64,000 bases of DNA from Candidatus Limnocylindria bacterium. Lineage in GTDB: Bacteria; Patescibacteriota; Saccharimonadia; Saccharimonadales; JAGQNK01. The DNA lies in the NCBI GenBank assembly GCA_035489815.1, contig DATHJH010000018.1:73931-137930 (forward strand), given 5' to 3'. The notes beneath the pieces are model-generated. The model was not told where the DNA came from and did no database searches. It was given only the letters and a program-made list of their open reading frames with translations. Of the stretch, positions 36,833 through 46,863 are shown one piece after another (the first letter of the stretch is position 1; every line of letters begins with the position of its first letter). The position numbers and the translations under genes were made by a program.

Positions 36833-38665
36833 CTAGTTACTTGCAGCCGCAAAGAGTGCCTCGGCTGCGGGTTTTGGACTGTAACTGCCGTCTTCATTCT
36901 TCTGCCAAGGGGCGTCGTTGCCGTATTGCGGGGGCGGAATACTGTACCTGTCGTCAGGTTCGGACGTGAAGTAAAATTCATTGCTGGCCAGCCCCCAGAA
37001 GTTGACGCTTATACAGTTCTTAGCACCCAGTGCTGTGCGCACAATCTTTTCCGCCATCTGGGCCTGCTGGTCGGGGTCGGCGCCTTCTATGCTGAGTTCA
37101 GAAACGCGGACCTTCAACCCCATATCTTCCAACTGTTTAAAGCGCTCGGCCAGGATGTCTGAGCCGAGCAGCTCGTTGATGTCATCCGAGTCCAGGTGGG
37201 CCTGGAAGCCAATACCATGTACAGGCACGCCTTCTGCCTGAAGATCGGTGAGTAGGCGGATGAGTGCATCCCAACGATCCGGATCATGTTCCAGCCCCCA
37301 GTCATTCAGAAACAGCAGGGCATTTGGATCGGCCTCGTGCGCAGCCCGAAAAGCTTCACTAATATAGCCTTCACCCATTGCGTTATACCACAGGTTGGGC
37401 CGGAATTTGCTCCAGTCGTCTTCGTCAAAAGGTTCATTTACAACGTCTACAGTAGCGAACTGGCCCCTGTATCGAGTGAGGGGTTCTTGGATATCGGCGC
37501 GCATAATTGCCCGCGCTTCTTCGGGAGAAGCGGTGGTGAGGGCTGCTTCTTTCCAGGCGGGGTTTGCCTCGCCAAAGACGGTAGTGTGGTAGTGAAGCTG
37601 CTTGCCGTGCCGACGCCCTAGGTCCACAAAAGCATCTAGCTCGCTCCACACCCGTGCATTTGATTCTGGTTGCCAAGCCTGGGGTTTGGCTAGCATTTCA
37701 GGTACTAGCCCACCAGCGTTAGCAGTGACCAGTCGGGCATAATTTTGGTCGTAGGTAAAGGCGGTCAGGTCGATTGCTGTGCTGATAACCAGGTCCGGGC
37801 GTACTCTGGCAACGGTGGCTTGTAGTCCATTCGGATCAAGCTCGCCCAAGTTAACTTGAGCACTGTCAACGACCTCAAGCTCGTTTTCTCCGAGTGGGTA
37901 AGCTGTTAGTTCCACGACATTCCATTGCTTGGCGGCGTCCATGCCAAACCACAACTGGCCGGACTCAAAGACTTTGGCTTCTGGGAACTCTATCTTTTGA
38001 TCATCATTGACGTGGACCACCAGTCCGCCGGCGGTTTGCTCTAGCCTTAGCTCGACCGCATCAATCGGCGTGCCTAGGTCGATTGCCTCTGTCTCGTCCG
38101 GCTGCTCACCGGTGCCATACCACAAGTTGGCGGTTATAACAGAGCCCTCTACGGTGACGCCCATACCTGCTTGTTGGTAGATGCGCTCATCGTAGCGGAG
38201 CGTGGGTCCACTTAGGACCTGCAGCGAAGCCCGGCCGGATATGTCGCTTAACCGGGCCCGAACACCCACATTGCCATCTGCCTGGCTCATTTCTACGTGC
38301 GTCCAGGGATTACCGGGGGTGACAGGGAAATACTCTGGTGTGTCTGGGTCCGCCCAGGCGCCCTGTTCTTTGCGCAGAGCAAGGCCGGTATGGGCTACGG
38401 TAAGGGTGCCGTTTTCTGATGTTACACCTGGCGTGAAGCTCCAGTTCGCCTCATCCAGGAGGTTGGTTTCTGGGCCTTTGGGGTCGAGTTCAGCTTGCAT
38501 AGGTGTCTCTCCTTCCGGGTGGTCTTGCTCGGTGCCTGACCCACCTCCTGACGAACATGACACGGTAAGGATACTGGCAGCCAGCAAAACAGCCATGCCA
38601 CGACGACCTATAGGAAAGCCTCGTCGGCCTTCGTCTACTTGTGGCTCGGCGGGAATGTGGTCCAT
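36833..38665 (-). CDS. Secreted/lipoprotein glycoside hydrolase family 10 (endo-beta-1,4-xylanase-like) with N-terminal beta-sandwich domain
   Basis: Lipobox LTVSC|SSGG; GH10 acid/base motif DVVNEP (FATVDVVNEPF) and nucleophile region RVSELSIEG (TELD-like). Confidence 0.8.
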   Translation of the reverse strand: MDHIPAEPQVDEGRRGFPIGRRGMAVLLAASILTVSCSSGGGSGTEQDHPEGETPMQAELDPKGPETNLLDEANWSFTPGVTSENGTLTVAHTGLALRKEQGAWADPDTPEYFPVTPGNPWTHVEMSQADGNVGVRARLSDISGRASLQVLSGPTLRYDERIYQQAGMGVTVEGSVITANLWYGTGEQPDETEAIDLGTPIDAVELRLEQTAGGLVVHVNDDQKIEFPEAKVFESGQLWFGMDAAKQWNVVELTAYPLGENELEVVDSAQVNLGELDPNGLQATVARVRPDLVISTAIDLTAFTYDQNYARLVTANAGGLVPEMLAKPQAWQPESNARVWSELDAFVDLGRRHGKQLHYHTTVFGEANPAWKEAALTTASPEEARAIMRADIQEPLTRYRGQFATVDVVNEPFDEDDWSKFRPNLWYNAMGEGYISEAFRAAHEADPNALLFLNDWGLEHDPDRWDALIRLLTDLQAEGVPVHGIGFQAHLDSDDINELLGSDILAERFKQLEDMGLKVRVSELSIEGADPDQQAQMAEKIVRTALGAKNCISVNFWGLASNEFYFTSEPDDRYSIPPPQYGNDAPWQKNEDGSYSPKPAAEALFAAASN

Positions 38666-38691
38666 GCTGTTATGCTTTCTAGCTTGATTGT

Positions 38692-39339
38692 TTAACGGAA
38701 AACAATCTGGTGGCTAGCAACATCGCTAGCATCCATAGAGGCAATATCGGTGTACTGGGTGGTAATTTGTTTGAAGCTGCCATCATGGTCGCGCCGGACA
38801 GTACCTAGGCCATACCAAGTGTTATCATCGCCCTGATGTACGGCAACTATGAGCTCATCGGGATTGCATGGATTGGTCTGGAGCTCGTCGACAGGAAGAA
38901 TGCCTGCCTCTGGTGACGGATCGTTATCACCGCCGTTGTCATAAATAATTGCAGCGTACTCAACATCGGAATACAGAGATTTATCTACTGTCATAACTAC
39001 GGCTGTAGGTGTATCTTCTAAATCCAGGTATTCGGCATCTGGATCTCCTTTGACCATCTCGCCCTGTACACGTACGTCACCGGTAAACATCAATGCAGTT
39101 GGCTTGAATCCCCACTCGGCATCGCCTTCTATCGGTGCGGCACCAACTTGACTAGCTTCGCAGTCTAGCGGACCTTCGTCGCCATCCATTATAAAAGAGG
39201 CTGCTAGTAAACCTAGGCCTGTTGTTACTGCTGCGCCTGCTAGGAGCCTCGGCCACCTACGTTTTGTTTCAATAGGGCCTTGGCCTTGCTGCGGTGCTTC
39301 TGCTTCTGGCGATGGTGAATCGAATTGTTTCATAGGCAC
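38692..39339 (-). CDS. Hypothetical secreted/membrane-anchored acidic protein
   Basis: N-terminal TM (LLAGAAVTTGLGLLAASFI), Asp-rich ectodomain, 215 aa. Confidence 0.4.
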   Translation of the reverse strand: MPMKQFDSPSPEAEAPQQGQGPIETKRRWPRLLAGAAVTTGLGLLAASFIMDGDEGPLDCEASQVGAAPIEGDAEWGFKPTALMFTGDVRVQGEMVKGDPDAEYLDLEDTPTAVVMTVDKSLYSDVEYAAIIYDNGGDNDPSPEAGILPVDELQTNPCNPDELIVAVHQGDDNTWYGLGTVRRDHDGSFKQITTQYTDIASMDASDVASHQIVFR

Positions 39340-39446
39340 TTAGGATAACAAAACGCGGCTCGCTTCGCAATGCTACATAATTGCTTTGACAATCATACAT
39401 TATTGAGTTATTCGTTCAACTTTTTTATAATCCGCCTTGGTACCCC

Positions 39447-40073
39447 ATGAGTGAGATCGGCTATACTTATGGCTATATGAAAATGCCTACGCTGCGGCAG
39501 GTAAACAACGGATTGAGTCTACTGGTCATTGGACTGTGCCTCTATATCCTGCTGGCGCCGCTGTGGCCGCAGGCAACGTTGCGGCTAAAGGATGCTCCGC
39601 CTCTGGTTGTGGCAGAAGAGAAGGTTGGCCCAAAGCGACCAGATCCACCGCCCAAAGAAAACACCTTAGTCGTGCCGCGTATGAAATTACAGCAGACCGT
39701 TTTTGAAAGCCAGACCGGCTACCCGGCGCTTAACAAAGGCATCTGGCATCACCCCCAGAGCGGCACGCCGGGCCGGGGTAAAAACACGGTGCTGATCGGG
39801 CATCGGTTTACCTACGGCGGCCCGGCGGTGTTTTACCACCTGGACAGGGTCCGGGCTGGCGATCAGATTGTGCTGTATTGGCAGCAAAAAAGACATGCAT
39901 ATACAGTAGAAAAGGTGCTGGTAGTGCCGCCCAGCGCGACCGACATAGAAAAAGCAGATGTGGGCGGGGAGCGCCTGACTATCTACACTTGTACACCACT
40001 TCTGACAGCCCGGGACCGGCTGGTTATCCAGGCAACGCCGTTGGATGAGACGACGGAAGGAGCAATCCCATGA
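39447..40073 (+). CDS. Sortase (transpeptidase), copy 1
   Basis: N-terminal TM; His in LIGHRF, catalytic Cys in LTIYTCTP (TLxTC), downstream Arg; 208 aa. Confidence 0.75.
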   Translation: MSEIGYTYGYMKMPTLRQVNNGLSLLVIGLCLYILLAPLWPQATLRLKDAPPLVVAEEKVGPKRPDPPPKENTLVVPRMKLQQTVFESQTGYPALNKGIWHHPQSGTPGRGKNTVLIGHRFTYGGPAVFYHLDRVRAGDQIVLYWQQKRHAYTVEKVLVVPPSATDIEKADVGGERLTIYTCTPLLTARDRLVIQATPLDETTEGAIP

Positions 40074-40183
40074 AAGAATGGCACCGAACAGTTATACTGG
40101 CTGTCTTTTTGATCATCGCACTCGGGCTTATATTTCTAGCACGCCGAATGCCAGAAGCTGTACTCGTCACCTGAATCGTCAGG

Positions 40184-41473
40184 TCAGCCTGTAACAACCT
40201 GCCGGCCCACGCGCTGGGGTGAAACCCAGGTGCTCTTTTGGTCCTGCTGACCAACCAGGCGGTGCGTGCGCATCAGGCATTTGACGACCGCAATGAACTG
40301 GATGAGGTCCATGAGGTAGAAGATAAAGTACAGAAACGGCGTATAACAACTGAGACGCAAGCAGTACAGCTTGGGGAGGTGTTCGTCGTACCAAAGGGTC
40401 AGAAGCGTATAGATGGTGATAGTCAGGTAGGCGCCTGCGAACAGCTGCAGGCTGTGGGTGGCAAGACTGATATAGACGACGTAACCCCAGAGCAGGGGCG
40501 CACATAGAATGGCAAACTCGCCAATAATAGCCATAGGCAGCCGGTACCAGGTAAGCCGCCGCGTGAAGCGTTTGTCCAGGTTGAAGATCAGGTGACGATA
40601 TTTCACCACGTTTTGCAGGCTGCCGTATTTCCAGCGGAACCGTTGTTTGAGCAGGCCCCGAAAGGTGGCCACACCTTCTGTCAGGGCGGTGACGTCGGCG
40701 GCATAGATAATTTTGTAGTTACGGTTCCCCATGTTGCTGATGATCTTGATGCTCAGGCCAATGTCTTCAGTCCAGGTATCGGTGTCATAAAAGCCGACTT
40801 CCTTGAGGACCTCCATGCGATAGGTCGAGGCTACGCCGCCAATGACAAATTCGCTCTTAGTCAGCGAGTAAGTTTTTTTAGAACGGTAACCGATCATGTG
40901 TTCAAACTTTTGCAGGATGCCGAGTATAGTGGGCTCTTCAATAATCCGCACGTTAGCTGCCACGCCGACAATAGAAGGGTCGTCAAAATATGACACGGCG
41001 TTCTTGATCGTGTCATGCTCTAACATAGAGTCGGCGTCAAGCGTCATAACCAGCTTGCCCTTGGCGCGGTGCTGCAGGGCGTAGTTCAGCCCCTGGCCCT
41101 TGCCGACGTTTTTGTACCGACGGACAATACTTAGATCAGTGTCAGGGTGTTCCCGCTTGTATTCCAGGACCAGATTGTAGGTGTTGTCTTTGGACGCGTC
41201 ATCTATGACGATAATCTGGAGGTTCTGGTGGCTGCCAGCCCGTATGGATTGCAGGCAGCGCAAAATAACCTTTTCTTCGTTGTGGGCGGGGATGAGCAGG
41301 GAAACGAGCGGTTCAGCATGTGCGCTATGGCGCCGGGCAGCGGCCAGATGATGCCGCCGCTTGAACTGCCACATGTCGTAAAAATTGGCCCCCACCAGGT
41401 ACATGCCAAAATGCATAACATACATGGCGCTGGTCGCTGCAAAAAGATAGAAAAGGATTAAGCCCCCATCCAT
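40184..41473 (-). CDS. Processive family-2 glycosyltransferase (PgaC/IcaA/NodC/cellulose-synthase-like), copy 1
   Basis: DDASKD, DADS, and Q(R)xRW (QRFRWKYG) motifs; N- and C-terminal TM helices; 429 aa. Confidence 0.85.
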   Translation of the reverse strand: MDGGLILFYLFAATSAMYVMHFGMYLVGANFYDMWQFKRRHHLAAARRHSAHAEPLVSLLIPAHNEEKVILRCLQSIRAGSHQNLQIIVIDDASKDNTYNLVLEYKREHPDTDLSIVRRYKNVGKGQGLNYALQHRAKGKLVMTLDADSMLEHDTIKNAVSYFDDPSIVGVAANVRIIEEPTILGILQKFEHMIGYRSKKTYSLTKSEFVIGGVASTYRMEVLKEVGFYDTDTWTEDIGLSIKIISNMGNRNYKIIYAADVTALTEGVATFRGLLKQRFRWKYGSLQNVVKYRHLIFNLDKRFTRRLTWYRLPMAIIGEFAILCAPLLWGYVVYISLATHSLQLFAGAYLTITIYTLLTLWYDEHLPKLYCLRLSCYTPFLYFIFYLMDLIQFIAVVKCLMRTHRLVGQQDQKSTWVSPQRVGRQVVTG

Positions 41474-41474
41474 A

Positions 41475-41717
41475 TCAAGTTTGCTCCTCGGCCCGGGGTT
41501 TATTCCACGTACTTATTTGGGTGACTGGCGGAAACTGGCCGGATCTGGACAGTTTTTTGGTACGCATGTGGTACATCATCCGCACAGCACTCCGCATGAA
41601 GGCTGTAGCCAGGACCATGCTCCAGCTCCCTATACTTACGATTGCTAAAAACACCAGCAGTGCCCGAAAAGAATGCGTTGGCACATACGTGGCACTAACT
41701 ATAGACAGAAGTTGCAT
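41475..41717 (-). CDS. Small membrane protein co-transcribed with the GT2 gene
   Basis: 80 aa, two TM segments; starts 2 nt after the GT2 ORF on the same strand. Confidence 0.3.
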   Translation of the reverse strand: MQLLSIVSATYVPTHSFRALLVFLAIVSIGSWSMVLATAFMRSAVRMMYHMRTKKLSRSGQFPPVTQISTWNKPRAEEQT

Positions 41718-41934
41718 ACTTTGTTCCCATATTTAAACACCCTAAAGCGATCCCCAACTTACCTGATTCGTACAATACCATAGCTATTTCATAATAAGAA
41801 CTTTAATGGCTTAAGTGTTGCAAAAACTACTTTAATATGTGGATAAGTCTTGACGGAAGCCTGCTGTGGCGGACTGGTATTCATGCTACTATAGGGTCCT
41901 AAGGATAAGAGGGGTATATGAGGGGGAAAACAGG

Positions 41935-43695
41935 GTGAAGTTCTGGAGCAAACTGCCTACCGTTCCGCGCGAAACTTTTCTAAGCGTGGGGGTGCTTGGC
42001 GTCATAGGACTGGGTATACTCTCTTTTAACGCTATGAAAGACATGTTTATTGATACCGGCACAGATGGTGTGACGCAAGGCGTATCATCTTACGAGCCGG
42101 ATTTGCTTGATGGCCAGTGGGCCTTCATGCCCGGGGTTACTCATGATGACCAGGGTCTGCGAATCATGCCAACGAAGCTCACTATTGTTGAGCAGGATGG
42201 TTCTGGCGGTCAGGCTAATCCGCCTGTGAACTTGTTTGGCAGTCACCTGGAAGAGGTAACAGACTTTACTATGCACACCAGGCTGGAAGACCTCAAAGAC
42301 AAAGGGATCATTCAGCTGTACGGCCAGGCACCGGTTATTGCCGATGAGTTTCGGGTGGAGCGAAAAAGCATTCGTTTGACGGTGTCATCCAACTCCTTGC
42401 AGGCGGATTGGTGGAACGGTGCCGGCCAGCAGCCTGCAGCCACGCAGTCTTTTGCTTTTGATCAGCAACCTGATCAGCAGTCATCAGTTGACCTGAAGCT
42501 GGTATATAAAGCAGGCGTTGTAACCTTCTGGGTCGATGGCAAAGAGCTTGGCACCCTGGCAGCCGCAGACGTGTTTGCGGACAAGAAGGTGTGGATCGGC
42601 TTGGACGGCACCGACAGCTGGCTGCTGTCCCGGCTGGAAGCCCGGGGCGTGGACGGGTCAGAGCTGGTCCAGGTTGATGCCTCTCAGCTTAGGGTGTCCG
42701 CACAGGGAGACGAAGGTCTACAGGCAGCGGTAGCAAAAAAACGTTCCGATTTTCTGATTGGCACGGCTGCAGCTTTAGGGCCGCTTACTACTGATCCGGC
42801 CTACGCCCGGACCGCGCTGGGCGGTACGTTTGGACTGTTCACCACTGAAAACGCGCTTAAGTGGCAGTTTGTCCACCCCAAACCGGATGAGTACGCCTTC
42901 CAGGAGGCAGATGCGCTGGTTGCCCTGGCTGAAAGACATCAGGTAAAAGTCCATGGGCACACTCTGGTCTTTGGCGAGGCTAACCCGCGCTGGGTGCAGG
43001 ACCTGCCGGTTGGCGACGTGGAAAAGACCATGCTGGACCATATCAAACAGGTTGTCGGCCGGTACCAGGGACGCATGCACAGCTGGGATGTAGTTAACGA
43101 GCCCATTGCTGACTATGATGAATTTGAGCGGGGCGATGCTGAACTGCGCAAACACAAGTGGTTCCAGGCTATGGGCGAGGCCTATATAGCTAAAGCCTTC
43201 CGGGCGGCCCGCGCCGCTGACCCCAAGGCTCAGTTGTTTATGAATGAATACGGGCTGGAGGGAAGCGTGGGCGACGAAGACACCGAACGCTGGGATGCCT
43301 TCCTGGAACTTATCCAGCGGCTACTTGACCAGAAGGTGCCGATTAACGGCGTGGGTTTTCAGGCCCATGTCTATGCGCCGGAGGATCGGATCGACACCAG
43401 GGTGCTAAGGTCCCGTATTCGGATACTGGAGGAGTTGGGGCTGAAAGTACGGATTTCCGAGATGGATGTCTACAGTGACGAAGGTCCAGAGGTACAGGCT
43501 GCCCAGTATGCCGAGGTCCTGCAGGCTTGCGTCGCCGAACCTGGCTGTGCTTCCTTTACTACATGGGGGATTTCGGACAGGTATAACTTTTGGCGGGATG
43601 ATGACGGGTCCCTGCAGCAGGGCGAGGATTTTTTGTGGGACAAAGCTATGCACCCCATTGCAGCTGTCACCAAGATGCTGGAAATTCTCCAATAG
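41935..43695 (+). CDS. Membrane-anchored GH10 family glycoside hydrolase, copy 2
   Basis: TM anchor then beta-sandwich domain; GH10 motifs HSWDVVNEP and RISEMDV; tentative GTG start at 41935 (ORF track ATG at 41866). Confidence 0.78.
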   Translation: MKFWSKLPTVPRETFLSVGVLGVIGLGILSFNAMKDMFIDTGTDGVTQGVSSYEPDLLDGQWAFMPGVTHDDQGLRIMPTKLTIVEQDGSGGQANPPVNLFGSHLEEVTDFTMHTRLEDLKDKGIIQLYGQAPVIADEFRVERKSIRLTVSSNSLQADWWNGAGQQPAATQSFAFDQQPDQQSSVDLKLVYKAGVVTFWVDGKELGTLAAADVFADKKVWIGLDGTDSWLLSRLEARGVDGSELVQVDASQLRVSAQGDEGLQAAVAKKRSDFLIGTAAALGPLTTDPAYARTALGGTFGLFTTENALKWQFVHPKPDEYAFQEADALVALAERHQVKVHGHTLVFGEANPRWVQDLPVGDVEKTMLDHIKQVVGRYQGRMHSWDVVNEPIADYDEFERGDAELRKHKWFQAMGEAYIAKAFRAARAADPKAQLFMNEYGLEGSVGDEDTERWDAFLELIQRLLDQKVPINGVGFQAHVYAPEDRIDTRVLRSRIRILEELGLKVRISEMDVYSDEGPEVQAAQYAEVLQACVAEPGCASFTTWGISDRYNFWRDDDGSLQQGEDFLWDKAMHPIAAVTKMLEILQ

Positions 43696-43708
43696 ATATA
43701 GATATATA

Positions 43709-43843
43709 GGGGCCGGCTCACCCTCCTATGCGTGTTTTAAAGGCTCCAAGCGAAGTGCAGCCGGGTTAATTTTTGACCCTGTGGCAAAAATTAACCGCGC
43801 GAAACGGTCTTTACAAACACGCATAGGAGGGTGAGCCGGCCGG
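43709..43843. repeat. Nested inverted repeat: perfect 27-bp arms GGCCGGCTCACCCTCCTATGCGTGTTT/AAACACGCATAGGAGGGTGAGCCGGCC enclosing an inner 12-bp inverted repeat GGTTAATTTTTG/CAAAAATTAACC
   Basis: Read directly; begins 14 nt after the GH10 stop. Confidence 0.65.
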
Positions 43844-43920
43844 CTTCATAGCAGCTACATACTATTTGCGACAAAACCTGACCCTCAAAACCCCAACCCT
43901 CCACTGTCATTCCCAACTAG

Positions 43921-44000
43921 ACCCAGGAATCCAGTAGATACAAGTAATTAACTTTTCTTTATTGACTGGATACCCGGGTCTGGCCCGGTATGACACGATT
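43921..44000. repeat. Structured intergenic repeat, family member B (ATCCAGTAGATA ... TTGACTGGAT, hairpin CCGGG-TCTGG-CCCGG, ATGACACG)
   Basis: Same architecture as 13841-13925 and 59733-59815. Confidence 0.5.
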
Positions 44001-44150
44001 GGAGGTTTTGAGATTCAGGTCGACAAAGCGTTGTATAAATTGTATTGCTATTGCTTTTTAGGGTTATTTAGGATATTATCTAAACTAAAGTTTTAGTTTT
44101 AGGAACTTGAGAGATTAAGCTATATTAACGGGTGGTGCGAGGAGTGTGGA

Positions 44151-46400
44151 ATGAAGCGCATTAAATTTAATGGTCTTTTGGCGATGACCCTGTTAACACT
44201 GGTTGCCCTGGGCAGTTCACTGGTCCGCCAGGCGACTGTGACTGCGGCTGTATTGCCAAATGCACCTACCGGACAGGTGTCTTTTACCTTTGACGACGGG
44301 TTTTCTACCTTTGCCACTAAGGCGGCTCCAGCTTTGGCGGCCCATAACCAGAAGGGCACATTGTACCTGTCAACCGGCTGTGTTGACGGCACAGGAACCT
44401 GCCGCCAGAACGTTGACCCGGCCGCAGAGTACCTGACCTGGGACCAGGTGCAGACACTTAAGAATACTTATGGGTGGGAAATTGGCGCCCACACTGCCAA
44501 CCACCCGCTTATGACCGAAATTACGCCAGCTCAGCTGGAGGCAGAATTTACTGCCAGCAATCAAGCTTTTGCGGCGCATGGTTTGGCACCGACAGCCTTT
44601 GCCACACCTTATGGCGACTACAACAGTTCAGTAGTAGCAGCCATTGCCAGGAACTACACCTCACACCGTGGTTTTCATGACATCGGCTACAATGCCTGGC
44701 CAGCCAATCGCTACCTCTTGCAGGTACAGCAGGTTCAGGCCGGCGTGAGTGTTGCCACCGTCAAGGGCTATATTGATCAAGCCAAGGCTAACAACACCTG
44801 GTTGGTGCTGGTTTTCCACGATATACAGGACAACCCTAGCAGTGACCCTGAAGACTATCAGTTTAGTACTGCTAACCTGGAAGCTGTTGCAGCCTATGCC
44901 CAGGCCCAGAATATCAAAAATGTCAACGTGACCGAAGGTCTGACCACTGGCCAGAGTAACCTGCTGCCTAACAGTGGCTTTGCTAACGGCCTCGGTAGTG
45001 GCTGGAAGACCAACACTCCCGCTAACGTCGTAGCCAACACCGCCGGCAACGGCGCCGTGGCTTCACCGGCTAACTCTGTTGCTATGACTGCCGCCGCCGA
45101 TCAGAACGTCTACCTGTTCTCGCCGACTATCAATATAGACCCCACCCGCCGCTACTGGCTCTCTGCCTACGTAAATACAGTGACTCGTACGAGCGGCGAA
45201 GTAGCCTTCTACGTAGACGAATACGACACCGCCGGCAACTGGATCAGCGGCCAGTATAAGCAAGCTCTGACGGTGCCGGAGTTCAAAGACGCTTCGTTTA
45301 TCTATCAGCCTACCTCTGCGCAGGTTAAAAAGGCCAGCGTGCAAGTAATTGTCACCGCTGGCTCGGGTATCACGACTTACATTGACAACGTCGAATGGTA
45401 TGGCCTGGACGCTGCTGCCGACCCAGATCCTAACCCCACGCCTACGAACCTTAACCTGCTCCCTAATAGTGGCTTCAATAACGGCGTAGGTGATGGATGG
45501 ACAACTGACAATGCTGCAGCTATAGCCAGCGACACCGCCAATCACGGCAGCCCGGCCAGCCCCTCGCACTCTGTCAAGCTGACGGCACCTGCATCTGGCA
45601 ATGCCCACTTGTTTGCGCCAAAGGTAAATGTACAGTCCGGCACGACATATATTGTTAAAGCCTTCCTGAACATCCTGACCCTGAACACCGGCGAAGTAGC
45701 CTTCTACGTAGACGAATACGACACCGCCGGCAACTGGATCAGCGGCCAGTACTTGTTTGCAAAGCGCAATGAAGGTGAAGAGCAGGTAGAGTTTACCTAC
45801 ACTCCTACCTCAAGTAACGTAGCCCGGGCCCAGTTGCAGGTCATCCTGACCGGCAACTCCGGCATCAACGGCTACCTGGATGAGGTTCAGTTCCTGGCAC
45901 CTCAGGGCACGCCTCCTCCGGTTGTTGATCCACCCGCGCCCACACCAACCACGACAGTTCTAGAGACTGCTTTTGCTAACGGCATTGCCGATGGCTGGCA
46001 CACCGATACTGCGACTGCCATTACCGCAGACGCAGCTGGTAACGGCGCTGCCGACGAACCACAGCACTCTGTCAAGTTGGTATCTGGTACTGCTAACGCT
46101 CAGCTGTTTTCACCAAACGTGAACGTGAGCGTAGGCACTACCTACACCCTTGAGAGCTATCTGAATATTGTGCAGTTGGCAAGCGGCGAAGTAGCCTTCT
46201 ACGTAGACGAATACGACACCGCCGGCAACTGGATCAGCGGCCAGTACTTGTACGCCCGCCGTACCGCTGGTACGGTAAACGTCAGCTTCAATTACACGCC
46301 TACTTCGGCTGCAGTTGCTCAGGCGAGCCTGCAGGTCATCCTGACAGGCAACTCTGGCATTACTGCCTACCTGGACAGTATCAAGTGGTTAAGCGCCTAA
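44151..46400 (+). CDS. Secreted polysaccharide deacetylase (CE4/NodB domain) followed by three tandem ~160-aa carbohydrate-binding-module-like repeats
   Basis: Signal peptide; CE4 motifs FTFDDGF, LTWDQV, GWEIGAHTANHP; three repeats each containing GEVAFYVDEYDTAGNWISGQY, encoded by 62-nt identical tracts at 45195, 45700 and 46185. Confidence 0.85.
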   Translation: MKRIKFNGLLAMTLLTLVALGSSLVRQATVTAAVLPNAPTGQVSFTFDDGFSTFATKAAPALAAHNQKGTLYLSTGCVDGTGTCRQNVDPAAEYLTWDQVQTLKNTYGWEIGAHTANHPLMTEITPAQLEAEFTASNQAFAAHGLAPTAFATPYGDYNSSVVAAIARNYTSHRGFHDIGYNAWPANRYLLQVQQVQAGVSVATVKGYIDQAKANNTWLVLVFHDIQDNPSSDPEDYQFSTANLEAVAAYAQAQNIKNVNVTEGLTTGQSNLLPNSGFANGLGSGWKTNTPANVVANTAGNGAVASPANSVAMTAAADQNVYLFSPTINIDPTRRYWLSAYVNTVTRTSGEVAFYVDEYDTAGNWISGQYKQALTVPEFKDASFIYQPTSAQVKKASVQVIVTAGSGITTYIDNVEWYGLDAAADPDPNPTPTNLNLLPNSGFNNGVGDGWTTDNAAAIASDTANHGSPASPSHSVKLTAPASGNAHLFAPKVNVQSGTTYIVKAFLNILTLNTGEVAFYVDEYDTAGNWISGQYLFAKRNEGEEQVEFTYTPTSSNVARAQLQVILTGNSGINGYLDEVQFLAPQGTPPPVVDPPAPTPTTTVLETAFANGIADGWHTDTATAITADAAGNGAADEPQHSVKLVSGTANAQLFSPNVNVSVGTTYTLESYLNIVQLASGEVAFYVDEYDTAGNWISGQYLYARRTAGTVNVSFNYTPTSAAVAQASLQVILTGNSGITAYLDSIKWLSA

Positions 46401-46863
46401 GGCGTCGCACCACATTTAGAACCCATCTCATATCTCCATCCCATCCCAAAACCGCCCATTCCGGCGTCAATCCGCCCCAGCTTCCCGGCCGTACCTACAG
46501 GTACGCTCTGGAAAACTGGAACGAATCGCTGCTTGCTTTCTAAAGGAAATGGATCAATTTTGGCATCGGGAGCGAGATATGAAATGGGTTCATAGAAGTT
46601 CTCGGCCAAGCCGGGGACTTTTATTTTATGTTCCTATACCCCATGAAACAGGTTTCAGGGGGACCCCGGGTCTTGGTACCCGGCACGAACCTGTCGCCCA
46701 AAGGGGCTAAAGTAATATGATAAAATAAGCTTTACAATATAACATAAAAGTAGTAATATATAAGTTAGAGGGATCTCGATGATCTTCTGGTTGATCGCTT
46801 TGGCGGCCTTCCAGGGGTCACATCGGGTCCTTTATTTTATTAACCGATCTAAGGAGTAATGGG

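Noticed and set aside
43466-43834. 122-aa + ORF and 83-aa minus ORF spanning the GH10 3' end and the 27-bp inverted repeat
   Set aside because: The translation is driven by palindromic DNA and overlaps a well-supported gene end; no coding signal
45063-45608. 181-aa minus-strand ORF
   Set aside because: Antisense within the CE4-CBM gene repeat region; spurious
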